The notes beneath the pieces are model-generated. The model was not told where the DNA came from. It saw nothing but the letters and a program-made list of their open reading frames with translations, and made no database searches. Positions 1 through 14,300 of a DNA stretch of 64,000 nucleotides are shown here, in pieces (positions within the stretch are counted from its first letter, which is position 1; each line of letters opens with the position of its first letter). Source of the stretch: Lama glama. Taxonomy: Eukaryota. The stretch spans positions 62,001-126,000 of the forward strand of contig CM052817.1 in assembly GCA_028534125.1 (NCBI GenBank). Direction: 5' to 3'. The position numbers and the translations under genes are program-made.

Positions 1-950
1 CAGACATGATTCTCGCCGATGGGCCTTCACCTTGCTACACATCCGAACTTTCTTATGATTAATTTGCATATATCTTTTTCCATCCTTTTCATTTCAACCT
101 ACTGTGTCTGTATTTAAAATGGCTCTTGTAAACTCACATCTTGCATCCTGCTTTTTTTTATCTAGTCTGATGATCTCTGCCTTTTAATTGGAATATATAT
201 TCAATTTACATTTAATATAATTATTGATAGAATTGGATTTAGAGCTGCCATTTTCCAATTTGTTTCTTTTTTTTTTTTTTCATTGTTGTCATTCTTCTGT
301 TTCACCTTTCTTGCCTTCTTTGGGTTAATGTAAGAGTTTTTAGTATGCCATTTTATCTTCACCATTGTCTTTTCTTAATTAACAGACTTTATCTTTTAGA
401 ATAGTTCTAGGTGTACAGAAAGACTCAGTGTATGACATACTCCATCTGCACACACAGTGTCCTCTATTACTAACATCATGCGTTAGTGTGGTGCACTTGT
501 TACAATCAACAAGCCAATATTGATGCATTACTATCAGCTAAAGTCTGTAGTTTACGTTACGGTTCACTCTTTGTCCTATATAGCCATTTGTCTGAAAAAC
601 ATATATTGACATACATCCACCATTACACTATCACATAGAATAATTTCACTGCCCTAAAAATTTCTTGTGCACCACAGATTTATCCTGCCCTCCCCGAAAC
701 CACTGATCTTTTTATTGTCTCCTTGGTTGGAATTATACAGTATGTAGCCTTTTCAGGTTGGTCTTTTTCACTTAGTAACATGTATTTAAGGGTCCTACGT
801 GTCTCTTTGTGGCTTGATAACATTTCTTTTTAGTGCTGAATAATACTCCATTGTCTGGAGATACCACAGTTTATCTATGCACCTACTGAAGGACATCTTG
901 GTTGCTTCCAAGTTTTGCCAACTATGAATAAAGCTGCTATAAACATCCAT
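1..950 (-). mobile_element. Degenerate L1 (L1M-type) fragments
   Basis: Typical L1 motifs in antisense (ctactgaaggacatcttggttgcttccaagttttg; ORF track MFIAALFIVGKTWKQPRCPS). Confidence 0.8.
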
Positions 951-1649
951 GACTGGCCAGTGTTGCTCAGTGGGAATTCAGGTCCACTTGCCCCCACCAA
1001 GATCTCGGGACACAGCATATGCAAGCAGGGACCTGAGAGGAGCAAAGGGAGGCCCTGGATCCTGACTGTGCAGAGACCCACAGAGCCCTTGTCAGGAGGG
1101 GTGGGGGCGCAGGGAGGGAGGTCTGCGTGAAGAGAAGTCCTGGATCACCTGGGACACTTGAACACGTGGAGGGGATGTTCTCACTTCTGCTGAATGTCGG
1201 CCACAGGTTCCTAGAAAACATTAGTCAGCTGTTAATTTCAAGGAAAACAAGAAAGAGCCTGTAGCCATGGGTACCTTATACCTCACGTCTGGACAACGGT
1301 TATGATCTTAACAAAGTAGAATACTGAACTGACCCCCAAAATGCCCAGACTCTACTGGGAGGGTCAAGTGGGGGGGTGCAAGAAAACTAGTCCCAACGTT
1401 CAATAGTAAGAAATCAGTAATCATATCTCAGATGGAAGCAACGAGAGTTGTACTATAACCATTTTTTCCGTAAGTATAGAGGCATATTACCAAGGAAAGT
1501 GGTTGCTTCTGGGGTTGCTTATTGATAGACGGGTAAACCAATAGTACAGTTGACTTTTAAACTAGGTACAGTTTTAGCTCGGCTTAAAATTGAAACATAG
1601 GTTAGTGTTATTTACCACAGTAACAGATAAATCCAGGGAAAACCTGTGG

Positions 1650-4600
1650 CAGGAAAATCAAAACGGAGTCACTGTTGCTGAGAAAGTCTCAAATGCAGCT
1701 GGGAGTCCACTGAGGAAGACTAACTGAGACAGTTTCAACCTGGATGGAATCTGACCTTTTGACCACTTACTGTCCTAATGAAGACATCTGCCAGAAACTC
1801 AAAGTATTCATCAGACACTTATCCTAAACTTCCCTCAGGGACAAACGCTTCCTTTCTGTGTCAGAGCACAGCTTCATGGGCCTCGGAGTCTCTCTTCCCA
1901 GAACATTCTTGGTTTTACCTGAGTCTGTGCCTCCCAAATTGCAATTTTTTAAGACTCCAAATAAACTCTTTTCTTATTTGTAAACTTCTGGGGGGGGGGG
2001 TTCGGTTCGCAAAACAAATGATAATTATGTCAATTGATAGAATTCAATACCCATTTACATGGGAGGAAAACGTAGAAAACAAATTACCCCTTAAAAAGAA
2101 AAACTCTTAGCAAATTGAAAATAGAAGAAACTTCCTCGATGTGCTAAAAAGTGTCTGCCAAGATTCCAGGCAAACCTCATACCTACTGGTTTAAGTCAGA
2201 CATCAGGAGAGGAGGCCGACCATCCCGCCACTACCCAACTTTGCGTTGGAGATGTCAGGAGGGGAGGATCCTCCAACCCCCTTGAGTTCTTGCAGCTGGA
2301 CTAATAGTAACACTGACAGAAGACAGATTGATAGGAGACAGATTTAATTCACAAGCACAGAGGTCTCATAGAAATGGGATCTAAGAAGTGGGCAAAGTAG
2401 GCAGCTTTTATACCTTTTGTTAGACAAAGAAACAATACATTTGAGAGAAGCTGACAGAACAAAGAAATTTAGGTTTGAGAGCTTATAGTAAGGAATTTAA
2501 GCAAAATTTGGGTTTGGGTAATAAATAAGTAAAATAAATAACAAGGTTTGTTTTCACAGGCTTCTTGGTCCTAATTTCTCTATCTCTGTAGATAAGGGTG
2601 CCTTTCTACCTCCTGAATAGGGAGGGCACCTTTCCATGGGAGATTTATTTCCTGCTTTCAGGGAGACAGACAGGAGGGTCAAAGTGTCCCTCCTGCATGG
2701 GCCATTTCTTAAGGAAATTTAATTCTAAATAATCATTATGCCGTTGAAGCACATTTGGGTGGCCTGCCCTGGGTCCCAAACAAGGTCTTAGCAAGAACAC
2801 TTGGATCACTTGCAGAGGGTTTAGAGAGCAAGAAACAAAACCATTATTAATGTCAACTGAAATTTTAAAGTGCACAACATAAGATTTTCAGCTTCATTCG
2901 GGGACTTTATTGAGGATGATAGCTCAAGAGACAGCGTGCCAGTAGCTCTGAGGAACTGCTCCGAAGAGGTAGGGGAGGAGTCATACTATGAGAATTTGGG
3001 GCTGGGAAATACATGTGTTAAGCGTACATTTTGGTAAAAGATTACTGCTAATCACCAAAAAACCCAAATATCTCAAAGTAATGATTTTAGTGCTTATCTA
3101 TGTGCGGGAAGATGCAAGAATCTGAGGTCATTGAAATTCTTCCTACACATCTTAACTGTCTAGGGGCCCATCTATCCAAAATACAGAACGCTTCATCCTG
3201 TTTTTCCCACCCTGAATTCCTTTTGGGGTGTAATGTAGGTTAGTGGCTGCAGTGGCTAAAGACTTGGTCCTTGCTGAATAGATGGAAGGCAACATTCTGT
3301 ATTTTACATTCGTCGCAGATGATGTTGGAAATAGACAGATTATTAAAACTGAACAGAAATGTTTGCATGCTGTTGGATACAAAACTAGTACACCAGGTCA
3401 GTAATAGTCTTTAAACCGGCAACAGCCAAATAAAAAATAAAAATTTTTAAAAGACAACATTTACAATAGCCACAAAAACTCAAATACATCTCAGGGAAAA
3501 ATCTTAACAAAAGTCATGCAAGATGCAAGACAATTACAGAGAAAAGTATTAAGCTTTGTTGAAAAACGTAAGACCCAAAAGAGAGGAGAAGTAGACCTAT
3601 TCAAAATTAACAGGACAGCATTCTCCCCAAAGGAGCCTGCAGACTCAGTGTGATTCCAACCTGCATCCTGGCCAGGTTCTGCAGGACACATGACCATCTT
3701 GTCTAAAATGCACGTGGACAGGGCCAAGAGCAAAATTTTAAAGGAGGATATTGGACATGCCGATCAGTGAAAAAAAAAAAAAAAAGTAACATCGGAGGAA
3801 ATTTGTGTAAATGCAGATGATTAGTGTACGTGAGTGTTATTGGTGTATGTGAGTGTTAGGGAGGAGAAAATTTTCCTGCCTTCTAGGTTCTTCCAGCTGA
3901 TCTGAGAATTAAATCGACATGAGGCAGATTGACAGGAGACACTCTTAACGAACGGAAAGGTTTCTTACAAAAGGGTAATTCCTATTTGGTTTTCAAAATT
4001 TTTCCCATATCCACTATTTCTTAGAAAATAACTAGCTTGAAATAATATGCCCAAGAGACACATTTTGGGGTGGCAAATTTGCTCCCCTACCTGAGAGATG
4101 ATGTTATAACCGCTTAAAAATAATAGATTTAATAAAGGCACAGAAATAATTGGCTTAACATGATAAAAAAGAAAAAGTGCAAGAAAAGTTAGCTCTTCAT
4201 ACAATAAAGATAAAGTGATAAAGGAGGTGGATGGCTGGGTGGGTGACAGGCGTGCACACACATGATGACAGATTGAACATGTGACAGTGTCGGGGAGAGT
4301 AGCTCAAAGGGAGGAAATGGTGCACGTGCTGAGCATGCACAAGGTCCGGGATCAATCGCCAGGACCTCCTCTATAAATAAATAAACAAACCGAGTTACCT
4401 CCCCCCACCCCACCCCCCACCCCGAAAAATGAAAGTGTAACAGCGTGATCACATTTCAGCATACAAAAGTGGAGTCAGGCGATCGACCTGGTCTCAGACA
4501 TGTCCCTGCACCACAGAAAACTTGCATTTTCTCTGAGGACACTCAAGGACACCACCAGCCATTCTCAAAACAATACTTGCTAACTGCTGCGAGCTGCAAC

Positions 4601-6050
4601 CTTATGGTTTCAAGGTCTCCCTTATAACTATGGGACTATTTCAACCCCAACTGATCCTTATTTAAAAAACACCCTCACGTGCTGCCAGCTCCAGTCTTAA
4701 TTCTTGATAAACTACTCATGTAACTTAACTGTAACCTTGCAGTCTTGGCCTTCGCACACCTCCCTATCTTTGAGGTCTGGCAGAACACAGTTCAAGGGAT
4801 TCTCAAATCTGTGTCTCCTGGGCTACAGTCCTAACAAACCCCAAATAAATGCTTTTTATTTTAATCAGGTCTCATCTCAGTCTCTAGAATTCTGATTAAC
4901 ACATGTATACGTAATAACAAAGGATAAAGTGAGATCTCTACCTTACATGATAAATAAAGATAAATTCCCAGATGGATTAAAGGCCTTGCTGGGCAGGACA
5001 GAATTCAGCCCCTGACCATATTGAGTTCTTGTGGGTGGACTAATAATAAAATTGGCAAAAGACAGATTAACAAGAGAAAAGGAAACGAAATTCAAAAATT
5101 CTCATAGAAATAAGACCTACGTAATAGCCAAAGCAGGCATCAGACAATGAGGGTAAAATGCAGTCGCTGATCTACATAAATTGGTGAGGAATTGACAGGA
5201 CAAAGAAGCTTAGGTTTGAGAGCTCAGTTAGAGAAGAATGTAAATAGAGTTTGGGCTTAGAGTAGTAAACGTAAAAAGTGACGAGGTTTGGTTACACAGG
5301 CGTCCCAGCCCTAGTTCCCTGTCTACCTTCAGGCCCAGAGAAGGCGCCTTTCACGTGAGAGACTTATTTCCTGCTTTCAGGGAGCAGAGAGAAGGCTCAA
5401 AGTATCCCTCTCGCACTGACCGTTTCTTCAGGAACCTTAATTCAAAATATGCCATCAAGGTACGTTCTGGGGCAGCCTACCCTGAGCCCCAACAACCTAA
5501 ATACAAAAGCAAAACTACAAAATCTTTACAAGAAAAGGAAAAATATCTTCAAAACATCAGGGTAGGGAGAATTCCTTAAGCGAGAAACAGGGAGACAAGT
5601 GTCAACTTTAAAATGCACAACAAACACGCTGAGTTTAAGTTATACTCACGGCCCTGCTGAGATCTGCAGCCCAGAGGCAGCGGCTCAGCAGCTCGGAGAG
5701 TCTGCTCCCAAGAGGCCGCAGAGAAGCCTGGTTTATGTGCGGTCTCCGGCTGGGGAGCAGGTGCAGTAAAGGGCGCATCCTGGTACAACATTTCTGCCTT
5801 TCACAAAGGACCCATCTCTTGCGGTCAAGATTTTAGTGCTTTTCCATACACAGGAAGACACAAGAGCCTGGCTTCATTAAAGTTCTTCCCGACCTATGCA
5901 TCCAACTCTCTGGGGGCCGGGTTTCCTCCTGAGTCCCCTCAGGGTCTACTGCCTGTCAGCACCACCGCGGCAGACGGCTTAATCCTTGTTTTCTGTATCA
6001 CAAGCCAGAAAGGAAAGGATTAATACGTGCGATTTACTTTTTGACAAACA
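1650..6050. mobile_element. Fragmented old L1 interrupted by several ERV solo LTRs (about 1660-2000, 2253-2782, 2851-3308, 3854-4092, 4460-4900, 4987-5494, 5600-6000)
   Basis: TG...CA-bounded LTR-like units with shared family motifs (gagttcttg...ggactaata; ttatttcctgctttcaggga; tgtcaact...tgcacaac); caag TSD around 5600-6000; L1 ORF2-like spacers. Confidence 0.6.
4292..4435 (+). mobile_element. tRNA-derived SINE (camelid-type)
   Basis: GGGGAGAGTAGCTCA...GCATGCACAAGGTCCGGGATCAATC...TAAATAAATAAAC..TTACCTCCCCC; degenerate TSD tgtgacagtgt/tgtaacagcgt. Confidence 0.7.
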
Positions 6051-6649
6051 GATGGAAGACGACTCCGCTCCGCGATGAGACCCTCCCGGAGGAGCAGACC
6101 CGGGGTAGGTGTCACGAACTCCTAGACGTCAACAGGTGGAAAGACCAGCACCTGTTTTTCACGCTGGGGAGAAAGAAAGCAGAAGTGGCTGAACAGTTGG
6201 CACCTCACTGGACAGCCCTGAGATGCTGCTTCCCAGCCAGCAGCTGGAGGAAAAAGTGAGGTGGTTTCTGAGGGAGCTGAGGAAGACGGCCCTAATTTGC
6301 CGGGGTGGCAAGTCGTGCTGATCCCCATCGGGGAACCTCAGGGTGACGCTTTCCTGCAGCTCCTGGCAGAGCTGAAATGCCACACCCCACATCACACCTG
6401 GGCTTGGGGCCCAGGGAGTCCTACCTAGGAACAAGACAGGTAGGGGTTTTGTTCAAGACTCAACATGATGGTGGAAAAGGAAATGACCCAGGGCTGGCGC
6501 TGGGGAAATGCTAACTGAGCGGAGGGCAGCTGCCTGAGCACACCGGTTAGAACAGGAGAAGCAGGGTTCCAGGAAGCACCACCGACAAACCTCAAAGACA
6601 CAATGCTGAGATTAACACAGTACATGCGATATTATAACTCTCAAAATAT

Positions 6650-7555
6650 GTATATGACCAAAATGTGTCTCTCAGATATATTTTGTCTTCATGCACAGTT
6701 CCTGACTCACAGTTCCCAAAACTCTTGGAATTTTCCTACCGGTAAGAGGGATGGGCACTCATTTTGTTACAATGTTTGGTCTCTCGTCTTCAGTTTCTGA
6801 AAGTCCTTTCCGGGCCACAAAGGTGAAACAGCTGTCTTGTTCCCTGTAACAAGCCCTTTCCATCACTGTTGGGTTTATGCTAATGAGCTGACTTTTGGAC
6901 CCCACCCCCAGGGTGGGGGCTGGTTGCAGGAGAACCAGCCATGTGATCAGAGGTTTGGAACTTTCAGTCCCACTCCCCCCACCCCACACCCCTATTTCTG
7001 GGGAAGGGGGACGCCGAGGTTCAGTCAGTCACTACTGGCCAACGACTCAGTCAATCGTGAGCGTGTAATGAAGCCTCCATAACCACCCATCCCCACCCCT
7101 TCCCCTCAGAAAAGCACTGTTTGGTCCTTTTTGGAGAGTTTCCATGTCAGGGAACCAGAGAGTTTTTACGTGCCACCGTGCTGGCCCCCAGCTCCGTGAG
7201 GACAGAGGCTTCCTTGTTCGGGACCTCACCCTGTGTATCTCTTCATCTGGTTGTCGATTCGTATCCTTTAATGCCCTTGAATAATAAATTGGTGAGCTAG
7301 TGGGTCAACATCAGGTTTTCCCGAGTTCCGTCAGCTGTTCTAGCAAATTAGTGGAACAACCCCAGGGGACCGTGGGAACCTCTGATTTGTAGCCAGTTGG
7401 TCAAGCATAGGTGACTGGACTTGCAGTGGTATCCGAGGTGGAGTTGTGACAGAATCTGAGTCTATGGCCGGGTTGGTAGTGGGGAGTTGAGCTGGATTCT
7501 CGGACACCCAGCTGGCTTGAGAGTTGCTCAGTGGTGTGGAGAAGCCTCCACACAC
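6650..7555. mobile_element. ERV LTR (MER21-like)
   Basis: Motifs gttcctgactcacagttcccaaaactcttggaatt, ctttcagtcccactcccc, ctgtgtatctcttcatctggttgtc, ggacacccagctgg; family assigned by eye. Confidence 0.55.
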
Positions 7556-9579
7556 ACTCGCTGAACTGGGTCCAGGAACCCTTCTCAGCAGACACCACTA
7601 TGTAAAGTTTACAAAGATACAAAACAACACTGTACAACATGCAGGACACAAGCTCCTGTGGTCCAGGAGTGACCTGCAACCAACTGGAGGTGGGGGCGAC
7701 CCAGAGCATGAGGGGAGCCCCTGGAACCACGTATGTTTAAAGGAAGAAGAGAAACAGGGACCAAAACAGAGAATGACACCGTAAACTGTGAGGGTTTTGT
7801 GTTACTTCTTATGGCGGTGCAAACTGAATCTCGAGGGTGGGTGTGCGTGTCTTACATTACGTTGCGATATATCATGGTTACTGCTTTTCCTGATCAAAAT
7901 AGAGGCCACGTGCAGGGAAGAGACCTGCCTAATTCAGACTGGTCAGCAGCCGCTCCCCACAAGCAGCTGTCGAGTCTTTGAAGTGTGGCTTGTCCAGGTT
8001 GAGATGTGCCTCACACATAAACACAACCAGATCTCTGGACTTAGTACAATAAAAAGCATGTAGAAATCTCTTTACTCTACAGCCTCCCAAGAGTGAGCAC
8101 AAGCTCTTGAATTAGGGCACGTGGCAGGGTGTGGGGCAACCTCGGTCCCTGGCATCTGCCCCAGTCGGTATTTGTTGAACAAAAACTGAAATGAATTAGT
8201 AGATGCTGACTTGAAGGGCTTGGGGACCAGCCTAGGGATGGAGACACTCAACCAAGAAGACAGAGGTGTTGAGTTTTGAGAAAAGGCTGACTTTAGGGTC
8301 CAGACAACCCTGAAGGGGCAGTGAGCAGGCAGTAGGCAGAAAGCACAGAGGTCTGGAGGGAGATGGAGGTTGTCCCACTGTCCACTCCACACCTGGGCCC
8401 ACAAATGACACTTAGAACAGAACCTTGGTCCTGCTTGTGCCTAGAACAAGGCAAGGGGCCCTGGCACCAAGAAGGATTGCGCTCAGGCCCTGCTCTCACA
8501 CCGGCCCCAATCTAGGCCCACGGCATGGCCCGAAACTTCAGTTCTCCCACCTGTAAAGTGACTGTTTTCCAGGATTAACGGAGGCAGTGACCCAAAGTGC
8601 TGGACACACAGGGCCTGGCCCACAATGAGCCCTCACATTAGCTATGGATCAGGTGACCCCTGAGCCAACAAAGAGACAGTGGTGTGCAAGGGACCCTGGA
8701 GCTGGGCGCAGGCTCCAGAAAGTCTGGGGGGGTAGGCAGCAGAGGGCGTGACCTCTGGCAGGCCCCCGGGAACGGGGTGGGGGCAGCAAGAGGCAGGGAG
8801 GCCAGGCGGGGCAGAGCTCCCAGGCACAGGCCGCCCCACAGGGCAGCGAGCTTCAGCGTGGGAGAAGTGAAGTCCCGCATTTTAGGAAAGAGAGCCTGAG
8901 TTACACCCAAAGGAGAAGCAGCTCCCCCGGTGGGCGTGCTGGACGGAGCAGGAGGCCCTGCCGCCAAGGGCCTGCCGAACAGACGGTCCTGCAGATGGGT
9001 ATGCGGGCGGCTCCCAGCAAATTCAACGTCCCAGCAGGTCCAGTTCACAGGGGTGGGCACACACACGAGGGGAACCGAGGCCGGGACATGGAAGAACAGG
9101 TGGAAACAAAGCCGCTAAAAGGAGTGAGGCAGAGGCCAAGTCTCCGTGCTGTGGTTTTGGGGAAGGCCCGAGGGGTCCCGACGGAGAAGCAGATCCTGGT
9201 CAGAGCAGCTGGGGGCCTGTCACCTGCAGAGTCGAGCCTCCCAGCTGAACCCGGAGCCCTGGCACCAACACCGCTCATGCCCAATCGGCCAGGAAGAGAA
9301 GAGTGACCTGTTCACGGCGACTGGGCCTGTTTTCTGAAAATGTCTGCAAATAAGACAACTACAGCTTATTTTCAGAAAACTTTTTCCCTTCAGCAATTAG
9401 TTTTAATGTTTCTGGTTTGTTAGAATACTGATCCGACAGATGACCTGGCTCCAAGGCTTTATGCTTCCCACGTAGCCCTGGCCAGGGAAGGGATGCCGGC
9501 CCTAGGGGTCCTCAGCTGCTTCCCTGGGTGGGAAGGAGTCAGCAGACCGTGAACCTCCACGAGTTCTGTACAGGGTTCA

Positions 9580-9932
9580 GTGTTGTTCAGTACTGTCCCT
9601 CCAAATACTTGTTCTCTCAGGACACGGCCTCATTTGGAAATCAGGTCTTTGCAGATCACTCTGGACTACAGTGGACTTAAAGCCAGCAGGTGTCCTTATG
9701 AGGGGCAGAGGACACACACAGAGGGAGGAGAAGGTCCGGGATTGCCCACAGCCACCAGAAGCCTGTAGGGAGTCTCCCTTGGAGCTTCCAGAAGGAAACA
9801 CCCACGCCCACGCCCACACCCACACCCCGACCTTGGGCTTCTGGCCTCCAGACCGTGAGAGAGTAAAAACTGGCTGTTTTAAGCCATACAATTTCTGGTG
9901 CTTTGTGACAGCAGTCACAGGAAATGAGTCCA
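9580..9932 (+). mobile_element. MaLR LTR (MLT1-like)
   Basis: tatttggaaatcaggtctttgcagat...ggcttctggcctccagaccgtgagaga...tgttttaagcca...tttgtgacagcagtcacaggaaa. Confidence 0.75.
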
Positions 9933-11174
9933 CACTCCTAAAACGTCCAGGCCCTGAGATGGTCCAGGCCCATATCCTGGTGGCCCTTCCCCTCCTCCGG
10001 TCTCATCAACACAGGCAGGTTCACTTTCCCCCCACCTAGTGTGTCCAGGAAGCACACCAGCCACAGTCACCCACCTGTTTATTCTCAGGGCCCCCACACG
10101 GGAGCCCCTTGTCAATTTGCCCCCAGCCCCCTGTGGCTCACAGAGAAGGGCCAGGTCCACGAGGTTCTACTTTCATTCAGAAAAAGGGCAGCTCTTGAAA
10201 ATTCCTGGGTGGGACAGCATGATCTGACCCGTGTTTATAAAGAGTGGAGGTGAAGTCATGGGCCAGGCTTCAGGGACAGGAACAGCATAGGCACCACAGC
10301 AGGGGCACGAGGCTGAGCCCAGGCCTCGGCAACAGGGAGCAAGGCCATCCAGGTGCTGCGGGAGGGCCAGAGTGGCCAGAACTGCTGGTCTGCCTGGCCT
10401 CCTGCCCTCGGTGTATCCCAGGTGGCCACGGCCACACATCGCGGGACCAGGGAGAGGGAACACAAGATTGCTTTGCGGAACCACCAGGTTTTCTCCCATC
10501 AGTCACCCTAAGAAGTGCTTAGAATTCAGGTTGGGGGTGTCATGATATTTGTGCACTATTTTCCCAAGTTGAGTTTTCTTTTTCCATTTTGGTGGGTTTT
10601 TTCTTTGTCAATTACTGGGCTGAAAAGCAGCAAATTAAGGAAAGACACTGCATCACCTGAAAGTAAACCAATGGACAATAGGCTGGCTGCTGCCTCTGTC
10701 TCATACAAAGATAGGTATACAAGTTTATAGAGTTTATACTTACTTATATGTCAGGATTCATTTACTTAGGGTTTCTCACTTATTAATTTTCTTTCATATC
10801 CTGGTGAGAAAACAGTGCTTGGGGCAGTGGTAACCTTGAGGGCACTGCTGGACAACGTGGCTCAGTGGGAGCTGGGCCCGGAGGCCGCCCAGAGGTCAGC
10901 ACCAGCCAAGCCGCAGCAGTGTGTGCCTGGCCCCCCCAGCCACCCTGACCCCAGCAGCTCTGAAGCGGCTTGCTGTGAAGGGCTGGCCTCTGGGTAAGGA
11001 GTTGTCCCACCAGCCTGCCCCACCCCACCTGGATGGACAGGGTTGCGGCCTACGTGCTGCTGAGCATCCGCAACAAGGTACCTCCAGGGATTGCTCCCTC
11101 GTGCGTGCTCTACTGGCCTGTGGCCGGGGGTGCAGGGGGGATGCTGGCCTGGCCCTCAGACTCCGCCAGGAGGC

Positions 11175-11382
11175 TGTGTGTGTATGTGCGTCCTTGCACG
11201 TGTGTGTGTGTTTGCAAATACGTGTGTGTGTGGGAGTGTGAAAGCTCACTTGCATGTGTTCACATGTGTGCATTTGCGTTTGTGTGCATTCCTATGTGCA
11301 CATGCACTCACTGTGCTGCAATGTGTGTGCGTGTGTCACACATGCCTGTGTGCACGTGTGTGCAGTCACATGTGTGTATGCA
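11175..11382. repeat. Degenerate (TG)n/(TGCA)n microsatellite
   Basis: Alternating purine-pyrimidine tract. Confidence 0.85.
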
Positions 11383-14300
11383 CGTACCTTAGAGGTTTCT
11401 ATCTGCACGGCGTCATGACACCAGCCAGGAGTAAAAACGCTGATCGCCAGCAGTTCGATCTTTACTACAAACACCGTCTGACTGATTTTTTAAATTAAAT
11501 GATTGTTTAATTGAATATCAGTCAAAAATTCAGTTGTGTGTTCAAATTTGTGTTGAAAGGGCAGAGCAGCCCCTCTGGCTAAGGAAGGCATGTACACCCA
11601 GGCACCTGAGACCTGGGAGTGTTCGTACATCAATCTTCAGAAAACACAGCTTGTTTGGCGACTGTGTGATTGGGCGAGGAGCTGTCCCACCAGCCTGCCT
11701 CATCCGCACTGTGTTCACTAAATTATTCCCTGAGAGGTAAACAAGCTTTGTGTTTAGCACAAACTCAGCAGCAGGCCATGTGGAAATGCTACAGTGTGTT
11801 GACTTTCGGTGTCTCATCATGACGTAAACTCTCGGTCTGGCCTCCGCCAAGCCAAGACTTTATTATTATTGTGGGATGTAGGATAAAACCTATGTTAAGA
11901 AAGCTCCAAGAACTAGCATTATTTTCCCAGAAGCATACAAAATCAATTCTAACGACTAACTTAAACTTCCAAAAAGTAGAATAAATGTGAATAAGAAGCG
12001 CTTGTGAGTTGGCCACCCTTCAAGGAAATTGACTCGGCCACAAGGAATTTCGTCCCAATAAGAAGGAAGCTTAGTGGTTTTGAGATTCTCCACTTGCTTC
12101 CCTGAGTACTGATCTCTGAGACAATCTGAGTTTAGGGATATTTGATATTTTACTTCTTCTAGTAAACTTTAAAAAATAGAGCTCTGGTATTCCACATCTT
12201 TGTATCAGCCTCTATAAAGTGGGGTTAACAACATTCATGGAGTTAGAAACACATATTTTGAAAGCCCCATCTAGTTTCATGGTCATATATAAATGATAGG
12301 GGAAATGCAGCTGTCTGTGCCCCACTGATGCTCCCTGCCATCTTACCCCATCCTGCCTCCTCTTCCATCCCAAGGAAAGTCTGCAGCTTTGGAGAGGTCA
12401 ATGATTTTGTTTGCAAATTTGAAAGACTCCTAAGATATCTAACATTTTAAGCTATACAAACTGTGTAAGATGGAACACCTCAGAGAACAGGAAGGATGAG
12501 GGAAGGTCTGAGGTCTTATGTCTATGCTGCCCATGCATTTGCTCCGTCCTCGCAGCTTCTGACCAGCAACCTTCTACCGGAGCCCACTGGCGGCCCACAC
12601 GCAGGCCTGGCCACCTCCTCTGTGTAGCTCTGGGAGGTCAGCCTTGCAGCGGCCCTGGGAGGTCTCTGCTCCAGGAGTCTGGAAGAACCCTGCTCAGGAA
12701 GCAGGAGATGCCTGGCAATGCCTTGCTGACTTAATTTAGGTGGATGGGGAGAAGTCCTTCTGCTGCCACTTACCATGTTTTCTGCTTTGGTTGGTAGCCA
12801 GTGGGCTGGGGGTTGTGGGGGCAGGAGAGGAGCCCTAATGTCCCAGTATCTGAAGAGGGCTGTTGATGAGAACCCAACAGACTGGCCATGAATGATTCTT
12901 TTTCCTCTGATGGCTTCAGCATAACAGGAGAAGCCATTGCTCATGGGCTCTGTGATCAGAATTCCCAGTTCTCTTAGGAATTGTCCAACATCCATGCAAC
13001 ATGTTTGCACCTCCACCTCCACTGAATTGTGACAGGTCTCCACTTCTCTGCTTGGAAAGGGGGCCGCCTCTCTCTGGCAGCCTCTGCTACAGCTGGGCGG
13101 CCCAGCCAGGTCTCGGCTGAGTGGGGCCTTGGTCACCTGGGTCCAGGGAACTCTGCTTTGGGTAGGATACTTGGGAGCTGAGGTCTCACCCTAGAGCCTG
13201 CTCCTGGAAATCATGCCTCCAATGCTAAATCTGGCAACTTTTTCTCAATAAGAAGTGGACCGCAATAGTCTCTGAAAATACTTCACAGTTATTTCTTTAG
13301 CTTTTCTCACCTCAAGTGTTTTGTGTTGTGCTCACTGGGTGTGTCTCCAACTCCTGCAGGAGGCACACACCATGGGGGCCAAGGTGGGACTCTACTTAGA
13401 GCACGTTCAGAATTAGCAGTACACCTGCCTGGTGCCACAATTCCAACACAAAAGAGTTGGATCACCTGTTCCCAGGAGTCCGAGCCTGCATGGCTCCCAG
13501 CCAGCCCACAAGACTGGATGGAAATCCACTTCATTGTCATTTGGAACGCATTTCATATTGTGTGTGTAAAGATGAACACGTGTGTATCCTAATGATTTTA
13601 AAGTATGACCTCCACATCAATTAAGGCTACTTAAGGGGTATATTTCAAGGGAAATGCTATAATATTCAAAATTACCAGATGAATGAATTAATCAACAGGA
13701 AAATAATCTTTGCCAAAAAAGTATGACTGCGATTTTCCAAAATAGGACTGGATTGTTCATATGTATTAACCAAAATAAGCTCAGCTTTGCAGTAAAAATC
13801 CCACCGCCAGTTTCCAAAAAAAGAAATGTCTGGGACCTGGTATACACACAGAAAGTTAGCCTCAGAAAGAGGTTGGATTTAGTCAACCAGCGAGCAGAAT
13901 ACAGCTGTTCAAACTCAACATTTGTCTGACCAAATTAAACCATTCTCCCCAAATTGATTTGTGTGTAGACATCCTCTAACCCTAATTTGATGAATATTTC
14001 CAATAACATAGCAATTAATTTAATAAAGGAACTCACCAATTTTAAATTGCAATAAATTTACCAAACATGTTCACCGTTTATGGAGAGCTTTACAGTAAGA
14101 AAGTACCAACAAGAGCAGGCACATCCGTGTACAAAGTGGTGCTGTTGCTGCGCTTCCACCTCCTTCCCGAAGTACCAGCTGCTTTGCCGTTCTGTCCTCT
14201 CAGCGAGGGTTCCTCCCGCCGCAGAATCACGCTCGCCGGGTGAGCTCCCACCCGGGGCCTCAGAGGGCGCCCGGAACTGACTTGCCAAAGAGAAGTGCGG

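Noticed and set aside
12522..13136. 204-aa minus-strand ORF downstream of TMEM271
   Set aside because: No recognisable homology, non-ATG start and no supporting splice structure; likely chance.
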